DNA of 64,000 nt from the NCBI GenBank assembly GCA_043813605.1, contig JBDRKX010000047.1, positions 53,539 through 117,538 of the forward strand. The letters are read 5' to 3'. The notes beneath the pieces are model-generated. The model had not been told where the DNA came from and did no database searches. It was given only the letters and a program-made list of their open reading frames with translations. The stretch is from Elusimicrobiota bacterium (GTDB lineage: Bacteria > CG03 > SLGR01 > JBDRKX01). The position numbers were made by a program, and so were the translations under genes. Each line of letters begins with the position of its first letter. Position 1 is the stretch's first letter. Below are positions 30,301 to 45,300 of this stretch, one piece after another.

Positions 30301-33300
30301 AAATACGGCATCCTTGCAGCAGGGAGATACCTCTCTATATCATGAAAAAGAGCCGCAAGTATAAGCGCCATATCCGCATCAGGTTTGATCTTAAGAAGCC
30401 AATCCAGTACTTCTTTATAATGTCGGCGGTCTGTCAATTCAGTATAGGCATCTTCTGGGTCTATAGTATCGTATATGAATTCTGCGAGTTTAAATGCCGC
30501 ATCCAGCCTGCTTTCAGCAGTCTTAACGCCGTACTGCTGCATCCGGTTCAATATAGCCTCTTTCTCTGTCTTAATTACAGCAGGCAACAATATCTTGCCG
30601 GTATTTGTCCTGTAGAGAAGTTCTGCCGCTTCTTTTTCACCTTCTGTCAGTTCATCGTATTTTCTGCCCTGGGCTTTCGTATTGTACCAGGCTATCGCTT
30701 TATCCAATTCAAGCACTTCTTTGCCTTTTGTGTACTTTGCAGTTATCCCTATCAGTTCTTCTTCTATCCTATCAAGCCCCTGGTAACTCAAGGCGGGGAA
30801 CTGGATAATAAAGGATTTTATATCCCTTATCTTTTTCTCCTGTTCGATACGCGTAATATCTTCTTCGCCGATATCTCTGATATTTCCCCAGTTTTCCCTG
30901 GCTTTAACCATCATAATTTTAACATCTTCAGCATTTTCCAGTATCCGGTTCTGATAGTAACGGAAGAGCCACAGTTTCAGAGCCAGCCCCCTGACACCCA
31001 TCCTGCTTATAAGGTATATATCCGCCTGCTGTTCTTCCCAGCGCAGGCTGTCATCAGCTGTCAATCCTTCCCTCTTGAACACCTTTTCAATATCCCAGGC
31101 ATTAATAGCCGTGTGATGGCCTTTTTCGTGCAGTACACCGGCTTCTATGATATTCTCCCCGAGTTGAGGTGAGACTTTTAATATTGAATTCATCAATTCT
31201 ACATATTCATCATCTATTTCCAGTATCTTGTTTTTATGAACAGACATGAAATTATCCATCCTGCTGAGTATCATCCGGCCAAATCCGTGTTTACTTGCTA
31301 TCTCTTTTATTTTTTTGAGCGTCTCGAAATACTCTGCGGTCTTTACCGAAAGCGGTACTGTTTTGCCCGGTTTTTCGGACAATTCTATTACGTCGAGCCC
31401 TTCTATCTCGTCAAGCTCTATGATCCCGAGCATCGCTCTCGGTCTTTCCTGTTCCGCTTCAGGTTGCACTATAACCGTCCGCGCACCTTTTTCTTCTACA
31501 TATACTGTTATCCAGCCGGGTATGTTCACACCATACTCTTCAGCAACTTTAATAAACGTATCATAATCTTTCCCGGAATAGAATGTTATTTCATTTAATG
31601 CTTCAGCAGGCAGTTCTGCTACTCCCTTTAACCGGCCTTCATCTGAGCGTTCGACATTCATTACATATTTTTTCTTTATACCTATAACCGCACCTAACGG
31701 ACCTTTGTTAGCAACAGTCAGCGGTGAAAGATCATCTAATGTATTTATGCCTTCAGGTATATACGCCGAGTATTCTTCATCCCTCATAGCCTCACTTGCC
31801 CGGGCGGCGACATCTTTTTCGGTGAGCATCCTGTAACCCATATACTCGCGCTCATGCTCTCTCCATCTTTCAGCAGTCTCACGGCTTGTTGTTACGAATA
31901 TCCCTTCCTCCACACCGCCCATAGCTTCATAAGTATTCTGCCGGCCGATACCTTTCTGTACCAGTTTCCCGTCTTTAAGGATCTCAAGGAGGTAGCTTGT
32001 TCCCTGCCAGTAGACAGATTCTTCAGGCCCAATACGCTTGAAGTTATATATATCTTTAAGGTGTTCAAGTTTTTTTGAATACTCGATCTCTACTATACTG
32101 TAAGCATCGACAGATGATTCATAAGCAACTTTTAAACTGAAATCTATCTTATCAGGACCGTTCATAAGCCTGCACGCCTCTTCCAGTTCTTTTGTATCCT
32201 GTTCAGATACAGGGAATTCCGGGATATCAACTATACTGCGCCCCGGCTGGCTGGCATTTATTAATTTGGCTATCTTGGGCCACTTCGCCCCTTCTTCATC
32301 CAGTCTCCGGTAATACCAGTCCTTAAATCCTGTCCACCATATCTCAAGGAACTCTTCACGTGTTGCAATACCTCCAATAAAGAACTTGACGGTGTTTTCT
32401 CTCATATCCAGTTCATATGGTTTGTCACCTTCAGGAGATTCATTTATAAACTCTGATTCGAACGGCAAGCTGTAATATCCCAGTCTCATAAGATAAGATA
32501 CCTGTTCATGCTGTATCTGTTCAAAATCGATCTCTTTTGATATTGCTCTCGGTCTCTCTTTTTTTACAGCTTTAACTTTAGCGGCAACTCGTTTTTTTGC
32601 CTCGATCTCTACAGAGAAATCTTCTCTGAGTATCTCCATCGCCTCTTCTGCTGAATCCACTATTCTAAGAATTGATTCCTTCTCATGCCGCTGGGTATCG
32701 TCACTGACAGCTATTGTCGGCGGATCATATGACTGCATTGTCTTGAATATGGTGTCTTTTATTGGTTCCCAGAAATCTTTGCCGATAAGTATTATGGGCC
32801 TCTTGGGGAACTTTTTCGTCTGCATACTGCAGAGTATGCCGAAAAGGTGCATCATTGTCTGCCGGCCGCCGGGAGCTACTACAATCGCCTGGGAGTTCTT
32901 TGAAAGAAGCAGTTGATGATTAGTATTTCCGGAGATTACTACATTGTTTTCTATTGTTTTTTCATTTTCAGTCTTATTTTCATACTTATCCATTGTGAGC
33001 GTAGACTGTATCATACTCATATCTTTGCGGTCTGTGGATTCGACGATCTTATCCAGGAGCGTTCCCCGGCTGCCTATACGTACCGGAACTCCCTCAGATA
33101 TGATTTTGTCTTTGAGTTCCCCTACTGCATCAAGAGCATCAGCATCGTTTATTATATGCGGTTCCCCCATGAATGTCACACTCGTATCCATACTGCTCAG
33201 TTTACGAAGACCAGTATTCAGCTGCTCGTTAATGGCATTGAGCCTGTTTTCATCCATATCGATCGGTATGAAGTTCTTTGAAGCCTTTTTCATGAGTTCT

Positions 33301-36300
33301 ACGGCCTCTTCAGGAGTATCCGCATAAAGCGGTTCGGGTATGTCTTTTGCTGATATACCGGATTTTCTCCAGCTCTCATAGAAAGAATCTACTATCGGTT
33401 TCCAAAAACTCTTATTCATAAAAACTACGGGGACCTGGTAATACCATACAGCAAAGAACTCCTCAAGTGTTCCGAGACCGCCGACTTTTATATAAACACC
33501 TTTTGCATTTTCGTAAAGACCCTGTTTCCGCGGCAGGAAATAACTGCATGCATGGCAATCTTCTATATATGGGTTTACTTCCTGCTCCCACGGGACTACT
33601 ATATTGAAACCCTGGGTGATCAGGTCTTTTGGAAGTTCACCTTCATATTCGTTCTTTGCCATTATAAAACCTTGAGGCGCACCTTCCATAGCCGCCCCGG
33701 GACCTGCCCCTGTCCGGAGAGGCTCCCGCTCGAGGAAAATAAGTCTTCCCAGTTTTTTACCTTCTTCATAGTCTTTAGTACCCGGTTGTGTCCGAGCTGA
33801 ACCGAATACGACATAAGCAGGCGCCCAGCCGCTATGCGCTTCGTATACTTTCCTGCGCTCCATCGCCAGAACCTGTGAAACCGAAACAGCATCCTGTTCT
33901 GTCAGACGGGTCTCTTCACGTTTAAGGGTTTTTAGTACTTCGGCTATCTTCTCAAGAGATTTCCTTCCTATGCCTTTTACTCCCTTAAGTATTTCTTTCA
34001 GTTCCGCCATAGTATCAATCATTGAATAGTTCTCTGTAACTATTCGGACTATTTCATCCCTGTTCCTTAATCCCTTTATATCTTCCAGGTACAGGGTAAC
34101 CTTTCTTGCCATCGCTTCAGCTTCAGTCATCGTATCCAGAGATATCTGCGCGCTCTTTTTCAGGAACGAGTAGTCTTCTACCACCTGTATCTCGACCTGG
34201 TTCTTACGGGATTCCTCGAGTATAGTTGTCAGGCCTTCCAGGTCATCAATTTCAAGGAACGGATTTGAAAGAGTTTTTACCTTTGCCGGGATCCACTTCA
34301 ATGACCCGTTAATAAACCTTTCGACTTCAAGGCTGTTCCAGTCTATGCGGTCAATATACAGTGACCTTATGCCTTTGTCATCCGGTTTCCTTTCGATCGG
34401 TTCGCCGCTGATAAGCTTTTCTTCAGCCGTATATGTCACAACTCTTATGTAGTATCTTTCCGATTTTTTGTTCCGTATGAGTCTCTGAATACCGGGCACC
34501 TTAAAAGCCTCTTTCAGTGTTCTTTCTTTGGAATCGTGGTATTTGATCCTTATCTTTTCCCCTGTCAGAGCCTGGAGGATATCACCGTCATTCCTCACCA
34601 TCGACAGGAAGATGATCCTGGCATCAGGCCTATCTGTGCTCGAATACCATTCTTTAAGAGTCATCACATGCGGTACCCGGTTACTGCCATACTTTCTCTT
34701 CATCTCGGTTAACGCAAACTCTTTCTGAGCATCGGTCAGAGTAACTACCAGCGTATTATCAGGCGTTATCATGGTGCCGAAGAAACCGGCAGTATAATAG
34801 GATTCTATTTTATTCATGATACCTGTTATTTCTGCCGGATTGATATAACCGCCTTCTTTTTTTATCTCCCTGAAAACCTTCTGCTGTATGAGTACAGAAT
34901 AAAAATCAGCCCTGCTTGTCAGCATTGAGGCCTTTATATCCAGTCCGGGATCGTTTACCCTTAATATCTCGGCACGGAGGATAAGCGATGTTTCAGGATT
35001 GTACCTTACGGTTGTGGCAGTAATGGGTATCCAGCGTCTTCTATCGGAAAACTGCCTGTTATACTTCTCTATAGCCTCTACACGGCTTAACAGAGTCTCC
35101 GGCAATATACGCTGAAGCGTCTTTGTCGGATTCAAAGGCAGCGGCAGAATATCCGGCATATTGCTAAACCTGTCGTTTATGCTTCTTATCGCTTTCTTAA
35201 ATTCTTCAAGTCTTCTCTGTTTTATCTTTTCGGACAGTATCTCTTCGGTAACAATCCATTTTTTGCCGTCCCATACAGGATATTTCCATTTATTATTCTT
35301 TTCATCCCATATTCTTATCCGAGACCGGGCAATGTGGGCTCTATCCAGTATAAGCGGCAAACTCTTGACGTTCTTTGCCGGCCAGTTCCTGCCTTTCAAC
35401 CCGTTTACCATCAATACAGTATCGCCGGATTTCCCTGTTCCTATTCTATTGGCTACTGCCTCGAATTCTTCCGGCGCTCCTGCTAACGGGCCGACATCTT
35501 TTTTATCTGCTGAATAACCGCGTATGGTAAATCTTTTCTCTCCTGAAGCAATCAATTCAAAAAGTTGTATTACCTCTTCTTTTAAACGTCCTTTAAAAGG
35601 ATAATGCGTGGTAAATCTTGAAGTGAAATCATGAATTCTGCCTGCAAGTTCAGTATCCCATTTTATCTCTTTCTTCAAGGCGATCTTATTGGCAGCAAAC
35701 TCTATTGCTTCATGGGACAATACCAGGGCAAGTGATGCCGACGGAAGGTCTTCGAATATTTTCCTGCTGATATAAATTGTATTGCGTTCTATATCGGCAG
35801 TCGCTACAAACCCGGGTGGCGCCCTTTCGTTATCAGTATTTACAAGTACCAGGTTGGGAATGTTTATTGCACTCTGTACTTTTATCATCCCGAATTTAAC
35901 AGGAAGTTTCAGCATACCCGATATTATCAGTTTCTTTGCCTCCTGCGATCTTTTTTCGTATTCTTCTTTTCCCTTATCCCAGTACCCGGCTTCCTGTTTT
36001 GCAACTTTGCCTTTTCCATGCTGGATTATAAACCCTTCACCGTTTTTTCGCGCCCACTCTATAAACGCCCTGTCCTGTTTAGCCTCATAGGGACTTACCC
36101 TTTTTGTCGCAGAAACTCCCGCTTCTACAACTGACTGCTTTTCATATTCTTCGGCCATATCCTTTAATTCCTGTTCTATCCTGTCGAGGGCTTTGTAATT
36201 GAGTGCCGGAAAATAATTAAGGAAAGACTCGATCTTTAACAATACCCTTCTTTTATCTGCAAAAGAAAGATCTTTTTCGTGCACAGCCTTTATCAGATCC

Positions 36301-39300
36301 CAGTTACTTTTTTCCAGGCCCATAAATACTTCCACGTCTTTTACACTTTTCAGTATGTTCTCGTAATAAAAATACTCAGTAAACCACAATCTGACCGCAT
36401 AACCTCTTATCCCCGCCTCGCTGATAAGATATATGTCAGCCTGCTGTTCCTCCCAGAAACTTTCTTCCATCATGCCCAATAAACCCATACCGGCCATCTT
36501 CTCCGATATCTCCCAGTAACTCATACCAACATGGTGTCCCTTTTCATGGATCAATAAATCCCTGATTATCTCTTCAGCAAATTCCGGCGACATCTCTGAA
36601 ATTGCAGCTACCTTTTCAACGAACTCATCCCCTATCGTCAGAGTAAAGTCTTTACTTATCGTTAAAGGATACTTTATCTTCTCTAGTTCCATGCTCTGGA
36701 AACCAATATCATTTGCAGTCTTTTTGACTTTTTTCAAGGTTTCAAGATAGACATCGCTTTTTCTTGAAAGATCCAACTCTTTTGATACCCGTATCTCTTT
36801 GAATTCGATAAGTTCCCTGATATTGAAAGCTTTATTGAATGCTGAAGCCATAATAACACCTTGTTCAGCCTCCTGCCCGTTAAAATTATTTTCTATTGAT
36901 ACCCTGTCAAGATAATCAGTATCTATGGCATCATACGAGCCGAAAACAAAATAGACATTTTTAAGACGGTTCCTGTTGGCCTCTTTCAGTACCCACTTGA
37001 TCTCGTTTGTGGTAACGCTCTCATGTGTATCGATATTCTCGTCCGCTACGAAGAATACTACCGGTTCACCTGTTCTTGTAAGTTCATCTACAAAATCCTC
37101 CGAAACATGAGACGATAGTTTCAGATCATGCTCGGCTCTCATAAAATCCTTTAATCCGAATATGGTCGACAGTGCCCAGTATATTCCGTGTTTTTCTCTC
37201 ATTCCCAGTGCATATCCGAAAGTACTGCTCGGCGACAGTTCTTCAGTTTTTTCACTGGTCCTTGAACTTTCATAGATATCCCTGTCCACTTCTCCGGTTA
37301 CACGCATACCTTCTATTTCACCGCGCGATACTGCAGTGAAAAAGTCTGCTATGGTATATACTCCTGCAGAACTTTTTTTCAGTTTAGATAGGCTTATGTA
37401 ACGAGAAACCCCGGCTTTTTTCATTTCTTTCTCAAGGTTAGTCTCTTTTATTGAATCAGCTATAAGGTGGGAATCTGGTTTATCATATTCAATTTCAGGA
37501 GTGGGTTCAGCTGCGGCTTCCGGCTCTGCAGGCAGAGGGGTAGAAGCCAGCCCTTTTATTACCGCCGGTAGTTCGGGAAATTTTACTCTTTCGGCATATT
37601 TCGGGTCTTTCTGATCGGCGATCCTGTAGCGCCAGTTGTACCTGACGAGCTCGGCGCCTGTGAGATTGGGGTTATTTATCCGGTAATGGTCCCCCACTTC
37701 TTCGCCCACGGTAAGATATATCATTGATGTCTTCATGCCGAAAAGCTTTTTGAGCCAGGCAGTGTAATTCTCGATATTCCAGCCGTTATACATGTGTTCG
37801 TCGCCTATTCTCGGTGAATCATGCGAAGTAAGACTCGCCATCACACGCCCGCCGGCCTCCGGCCACCATTTCACTTCCGCCATCTGATGCAGGCCCAGTT
37901 CTTTTATCTTGTTTCCGACCTCGAAAGGCGCGCCGAGCTGTTCCACTATGGGCAGCTTGTCCCTCACAGAATATATCTTCTTTATCTCTTTCAGCAGCCG
38001 GTCCCCGGCAAGATATTCATCGCCGCTCATCAGTTCCTCTTTTCCAACCCATCCGTAAGCCATGTGACCAGCGTCTATCCTGCCGCCATCAAAACCCAGT
38101 ACATCCAGCTTGAACTCGTGCTGTTTCAGTATGAGGTCGAAAGGCCGTTCCGAGGATGCGAGCCCGGTATAACTGTATTGCGCAAGCGAACCCCATGAGT
38201 GCGGAGCACCAAAAGCTATGACGCCTGGACTCTTATCAAGACTCTGGAAATATCCGCTATTATCTCTTGCGCTCGCCCAGACTTCTGCACTGTCCTTCCC
38301 CATGAAATACGGGGCATCATAGAAAACCCGGCCGCCCGCATGATGTATATCCCTGACGGCTTCGTCCCATTGTCCGAAGGCGACGTACTGCATAAATCTG
38401 TAGAATCCAATCATATCCGAGTAAACGGAATACACACTCTCAAAATTCTTACCGAACTTACTGCTCATTTCGGATATGAGATTCCCGAGTTCCGCCTCGA
38501 GTTCGAGTGTATCACCATGCCCCGAAGATATCATATTTTCTATACGGTACCGGGTGAGGACCGCGTTTACTATCTCACTGTTCCAAGTCCACCACGAATC
38601 TTTGAAAGTATTCGTAAAGGCCATAAAACTGGCGTAATCATCGAGCCACCAGGAGTGTTCCTGTGCAAAATCATCGATTTTTCTCCTGAGCTTCATATGC
38701 GCGGGCTTTTCGCTCTGGTTCAATATTGAATACAGTTTTCTGGCATATACTGTTTCCGCCAGTTCCAGTTTTTCGTAATCAACAAAATCATTATTGTATT
38801 CAGGGAGGGAACTGAAATCATTTTCAAAATTATCAGAAGCCACCTTGTTCCAGTTGATGAAGAGTTCATTCAGCGCGTAACTGCTTGCAGCGCTGTACGG
38901 GCTGTGCGCCGCGTCCCGTGTGGGATTGACAGGCAGAAGCTGCAGTGTGTTGATGCCGATTTTTTCCCTGTATTCCCTGAAGGTATCTGCAAGGTCGGTG
39001 AATTTACCTATCCCGAAATCTCTCCCCGCTTTCTGTCTGAGAGAGAAAACAGGCACTTGGAGAGCGAATATCCTCCTTATTTTAGAAACAGGAGGATCGA
39101 CATAGAGCCTGATGTTTCCCGCAGGGCCGGCCACATAGGTCCACGTAACCCCCTTATCAACCGAGAACCGCACCGTATATTCGTAATCGCCGGCGAGCCT
39201 GGGCTTGAGTATCCCCTTGAACCTGTATCCCTCACCATCCGAGCGGTCGTACCTCATGTTTATCGCGCGCCATCTCTTCTTCGCGGGAGCATTCTCCCTG

Positions 39301-42300
39301 TCGAGGTTTGTCCATATCTCCGCCCTGATATCCGCAGGATCTATATCACCGCTGACAACAACAGCAGCGTAAACATTCATCTTTTTTAGGGCATTGGTAT
39401 ATATTTTGCTACCGAGGTCTGGCTCAGCCCAGCCGGCGTTCACTATCTCAGCAGGCGGCGCGCGCGCCGGCGGTAAAACCTTGAACGGGTCTGAAGATTC
39501 AACTCCCATCTCCGATGCGAGCTTCCTTACTTCGGCATAAGCCCTGAGTATCTCGCTCACTCCCCACGCCTGTGCGTCGCACCCGCGCGGAGTATGCGGC
39601 GCATCACCGTCCATTATCTCGGATATGCTGCCAACGCCCGCTTCCCTCAGCTGCTTCTTAACAGGTTCAAGGTACCCCAGCGCTCTGCTCACAGCCTGCG
39701 CGGAATTATTGTTCGCTTTCAGGTAGGCCAGGATAAACTGGCCGTAGGGCCAGGTCCACGCGGTACCGTTATGATAAGCGGGTTTACGCTGTGTATCCTC
39801 ATCTCCCTCGTACCGTCCGCTGTAGGGATCGAACGGGTCTTTGAGGTGCGCTATCCCGCGCAGCGGCACATTGATCTTTTCGTCGGCGAGGCTCCTGAGG
39901 GCGCCGGGTATCACAAGTTTTGAAGCAACGGTATCCATCACCTTCCTGGCCTTGCCGGCACTAAGCATACCGTAGAGCACCGCCGTTACCTGGTTGGAGC
40001 GTATTGAACCATCCGGTATCCCGTCGTAGGCGCCCTGACCGGGCCTCGCGAGGATGCAGTCATTGAGGTAGCCTCTCCTGTTCCAGAAAAGCTCGTTGAA
40101 ACTCTTTTCTATCTTACCTGCCAGAGATGGATCGGCGATACCGAGGGAGGACAGGTATTCCACAGCATTATGCCAGAGAGCCTGTATCTCCACGGGATAC
40201 CCTTCCCTGGGCGTTCCTGCTGGAAAGTTCGTGTCCATCCATGTGAAGTGCGACGGTGAGAATACAAGGCCGGATTCGGTATCCATAACGATTCCGTTCG
40301 GAGTTCCTATCCTGTAATTCGTGTATATTGATTTCAATATGTCCCTGAGCGTCCTGCCCTCGACTACCTCCAAATCCACTATACTCTTGTCCCCCGTAGT
40401 CTCTATATACTGCTTTACTGCCTCTATGAACCACAGCGGCGCATCAGAAGTGTCCCTGTCGGAGGCGTCTTTACCCCTGATTATATTCGGGAGCGTCCCC
40501 TTGTCTTCGAATATGGCGAACTGGATGAGTATATCCCTGACCTCTTCAGTCCTGCCGGCGCTCAGCATCCCGAGCGCGACTATCAATGTGTCGCGGCCCC
40601 AGTCGAGGAACCACGGGTAACCGGCTATTACTGTCTTGTGACTATCCCTGTCAACAATGAACTTATCTAACGAAAGCGCCATTATCCGGGCGAAAGGATC
40701 TTCCTGTAACCTTTCAGGCAATTTTTTTATTACCTTCTTCTGTTCTTCCAGCTCTTTGTTGAACAAGCCCTCTATATTCTCATCTTCGTATAAATATTCC
40801 CTGCCTTTCGGTTCCTCAGTAGAAGCAACCCAGCTTACAGTTTCCCCTTCAGTCAGAATCATTTCAAAATATCCGGGACTCAAAGCATCAGACTTTGTTT
40901 CCATTCCCCTAACTCCTTCTATCGAGTGTTCAATATTATAATGCCACTGAGGATCCTTATGATATTTCCCGCGACCGGAGATAATAGTTATCCCTTTGAA
41001 TGGATACCAGTCACCCGTATTAAACCACAACCCATCCAATCCTTTTTTTAATAAATCCCCCTCTATCCTGCCTGTCTTATCAAACCACAGTCCGTCTTTT
41101 CCTTTGGTTACATTATGAAAATCTCTCCATTCCAAATGATGCCGGACATTTAATTTAACACTGCCTTCACATTTCAGTAAATGGTACCGCGCAATTACTG
41201 TGTTCTCTCCCTTTACAAGCTGAAGAGTTTTTTCGATAAGAATTCCTTCTACTTCATACTTCCATGTCGGAAGCGGATATGCTTCAAAACTAACCATGTT
41301 TTCAGCATCAAGCGGATAAGACACCCCATTGATAACAACATTTTCATAAGACCCTTTCACCAGAACCTTTCTGTCCTCTGGAACATCTGGATTTATATTG
41401 GCTGCTAAAAGAGCATCATACTTGGAATAGTATTTACCGGGTTGTATAGCCGTTCTTAGCATTGCACCTTTTCCATTTGCAAGTGTTATTGTTCTTTCCG
41501 CTCCGAACTCTCCTTTTGATAATACAAGGTCTTTTTCACTTATTTTCTGTTTATCAATTCTTATTGCGTCTTCAGCAAACTCGAATAGTTTTTGCTGAAT
41601 AGGATTATCTTTTACGGCTTCGTGGTAGGCTTCGTAGGAAGGATATGTTTTGCTTACTACTACTTCTTTATACTCCCCGATCTCATGTTCAACAAGACTC
41701 TTGAGGAGTTCATCTGTTTCCGGCGGGCTCCTTCCGGCGAGGCCTTCTAAGAATTTTGCATGGACAAGAAGTGTCACCTCTTTTGTAACCTCGTTCACTT
41801 CCAGTGTTGCAAGCGACCAGACGTCTTCTGTTATCAGATCAGGGTTAGCGCTTACTTCTACGGATGGTGTATACCCTGCCATGATATGGTTTAACATGTT
41901 TTCAAGCTTTTCAGTATATTCTGTTTCATCATAAGGCAGTTCTTTTCGTTTTATTATCTTCTGCCGGTAGATGTCTATTAACGCTTTAGAGACATCTACT
42001 GCTGATCTAACGGGGAGTGTAACAGGAGTCAAAAGCAGTTCCACCTCCTTACCCAGAGAAATGATCTTTTTTTCTTCCGCAACACCAACGAGCTCTTTTT
42101 GCAATTCACGCGCTTCTTCGGCTTTTTCCAAATCACTGATCCATTGTTCTATGTCTTTCAGTTCATCTTCGACAAATGTTATTTTCACAGGTTTCCTATA
42201 TCTGCCGAAAAGCGTGTCCGGCTGTTGATCCGCTTTTTCATAATCGACAATACCCTGACTGTCTAAAAGGAATTTCTTCAGGCCCGATCTGTACTCCAGA

Positions 42301-45300
42301 TCCTTAAGATACCTGTCATGCGCTGCAGTATCTTGTTCAGGCTCTTCATCGAGGAACTGCATACCTATATCCAGGAAGAAGATCACTCCGTCAATCTTCA
42401 ATCCTGATTCACCGGCATGCCGGGCAGCACTTTTTTCAAGAACCCGCCAGTTATCATCTTCAGTGTATGTCCTCATCTTGTATTCCACTTTATCTTCGCG
42501 GACTTCCGCTATCTCGATCTTCTGACGGCTGGATTTACATTCCACTATAAACACTTTGCCGGTTTTCTTGTGTCTTACTACCATGTCGAGTTCAGTAAGA
42601 TATTCCCCGTTCTTATACGCGTCCCGGCCCGCTTCCAGTATTTCAAAACCTGCATCACTGAAAAGTTTTATAGCATCAAGTTCGAGCTTTAAGCCCACAT
42701 ACCTTGAATAAAGAGTACCTGTTATTATCTCGGTGAGCCGTTTGTGTTCATTAAATTCATGCACGAGGTCTATCCACGGTTTTTGAGAATATTCAAGCAT
42801 ATCCGTTTCTATATCTTCGCTATACCTGATCTCTATAACATCATCCAGCCGGGCCTTATTATTCTCAACATATTCCCTGAATTCACTTATTCCCCGGGTA
42901 TCTATGACTATTATGGCTTTATCGAATTGACCTATTGTCTTTGGTACCTTTCCGCCTTTCCCGTAGTTCTCGTTCAGATCGTCCATAAGACCGGCCAGTC
43001 TTTTTATGCCTTCATTGACAATAGACTCATGCTGCTGTTCTTCTGTAGCTGTTTTGTCCGGAGGATGATAGAATACCTGGTGCGTGCTGACCAGAGCGCG
43101 TTTTTTTCTGCCTTTATCATCTGGATCACTGTAGTTATCTATCACAGCATCCACCCATTCAAGACTCCAGTCTATACTTTCATTGGATTTGGCTACAGTC
43201 TCACTCTTTACCTGTCCGGTTTTTATGGCAAAAGCGATTGAAAGCAGTTTTGCTCTCAACTCTGCATATGTGTCGTTCATTATATCGACCGTGTCGCTTA
43301 AAGACTCGTCAGTGTATCCGTATTCGTCTTTCAAAAGCTTAACAAGTTTATCAATATCCCTTCTTAACCAGGCGGCTTTTTTCCTCAATACCGTATAGAT
43401 CAGATCACCTTCTGGTTTCAGGATATCCGACGGCTCTTCATAGGAAGCCTCCGGTAACGGTTCTACTCTGCTTAAACCGAATTTTGTATGATAATGGATA
43501 CCTGTCGCAACATTTATTACGGGTCTCTTATGATACCTGAACACAAGGGCTTCTTTACTGCTCAAGACGGACGGCTGAGCGAGGATTATGCCTATAGGCT
43601 GTTTCTGTTTCCTCAGTTCCGGGATAAATTTTACAAGCTCTCTATACTTTGATTTCTTTACTTTTTTCGTAGGATCTTTCATCAGGTACCCGGGGTCTTC
43701 AATATATCTGAGCATGAGTTCCTGTTTATCCAATTGCTGCATCACATCCCGGTAAGTTGCCCTTTCTATCCAGTTTTTGGATTCCACTGAAAAGAGCCTG
43801 CCTTCTTTATCAGCTACAATGCTGTCCAGCTCAGTTAAATATGCTAGACCACCGCTCTTGTTTTTATACTGGTAACTGACAGATAGAGCTTTAATAGTAT
43901 AACCCCGCTCACTTTCCAGATACAGATCAGATAACAGCTCACCGGTTGTTCCCGCTACTTTATGCGGATAGATATAGGTACCCGAAACATCAGTGAGGAG
44001 ATCCCTTAGAGTATTGAGCATTCCAGGTACATTCCGGTAATAAAACAGCAATGCTAACACGGCATCGAAATTACGATACTCTCCGGATCCCATTATCAGC
44101 TGGTACAGAGCAAATCCGGCTTCCTTAAGTCCCTTATTAAACCCGACAGCTTTGGGTTCTATTTTTGTATTTGAATACATATTTTTTATCAGCCCCTCTA
44201 TCATCAGCAGGAATATCTTCTTGTATTCAGCCGGAACTTTTCTATAGTATTCATCAACATATTTCATGAATTTTTTAGGAATATCGGGCTGTACAGCATC
44301 TTTGGCTGATTTCGCGGATCTTATCAGCGCATCCAGTTTCCTGCCTAACGGAGTACCGGAGAGATCGGGCATGATTTCTTCCGATATAAAACTGTCTATA
44401 TATCTTCTAAAACGCGGCTGGAGCGGGTTCTCTATATTATCCGGTTCATATACACCCAGTTCCGTCCATTTAAAGATCGTTCTCTGTATATTCTTATATA
44501 CGTTTCTATGCGCTTCAAGGTCTGTTTCCGGGTATGTCGCTGAAAAGGCCTCGTGGAAAAGTATCTCGTCAAACAATTCCATAAACTCGGCTCTTCTTAT
44601 AAAATTGCGGCCTATAACTATACTATCATCGAGGGCATAAGCAAGCAGGTAATCGTTTTTGCCTTTTATTACAGGATTAAAAGCAACTATTTTGTCCTGT
44701 TCGTAATAATCCAGCAATGTTCTATGTGCAGGCAAAACATTGAACAATATTGTTTTCAGGATTGTTGATTTTTCTTCAGGAAGGATGGCAATAAGTGATT
44801 GGGTGGTTTCATTTTTCGGATCGATCAGTTCTTCGATCAGTCTGATAGCCTGTTCATCAAGTTTCCCGCGCGCAAAATAGGATTCAAGTTTATCCAGCAC
44901 ATAGAATGCATTATCCGACTGTTCTGCAGGCACATCTCCCAGTAGTGCGAACACTGCATCCAGGGTCTTCTTTTCGAAATTCTTTATACTGCTGTAAATA
45001 AAAGCTTTTTCAGTCTCATTGAAAGAAGAAGTTTTCTGAAGGGCGGCACTGTCGCGCGAAGAGCCATCCCCTATCGCACCTTTAACACCGATAATTCCAG
45101 CCTTTACCGTTTCGGCCTTTTTGCGGCGCGCTGCTTCGCGGCTCACAGACATAAGCTCTTCGGCAGTAACTCCTTTAGGCAATCTTTTCAAATCTTTTTC
45201 GATCGTACTTTTTATGAGAGGAAAGTACTTATGTGAAGTTATGAAATGGTCTGAAGCGATAAAGCCTTCTGTATGCACATAGACATATGGAAGGTCTTCG

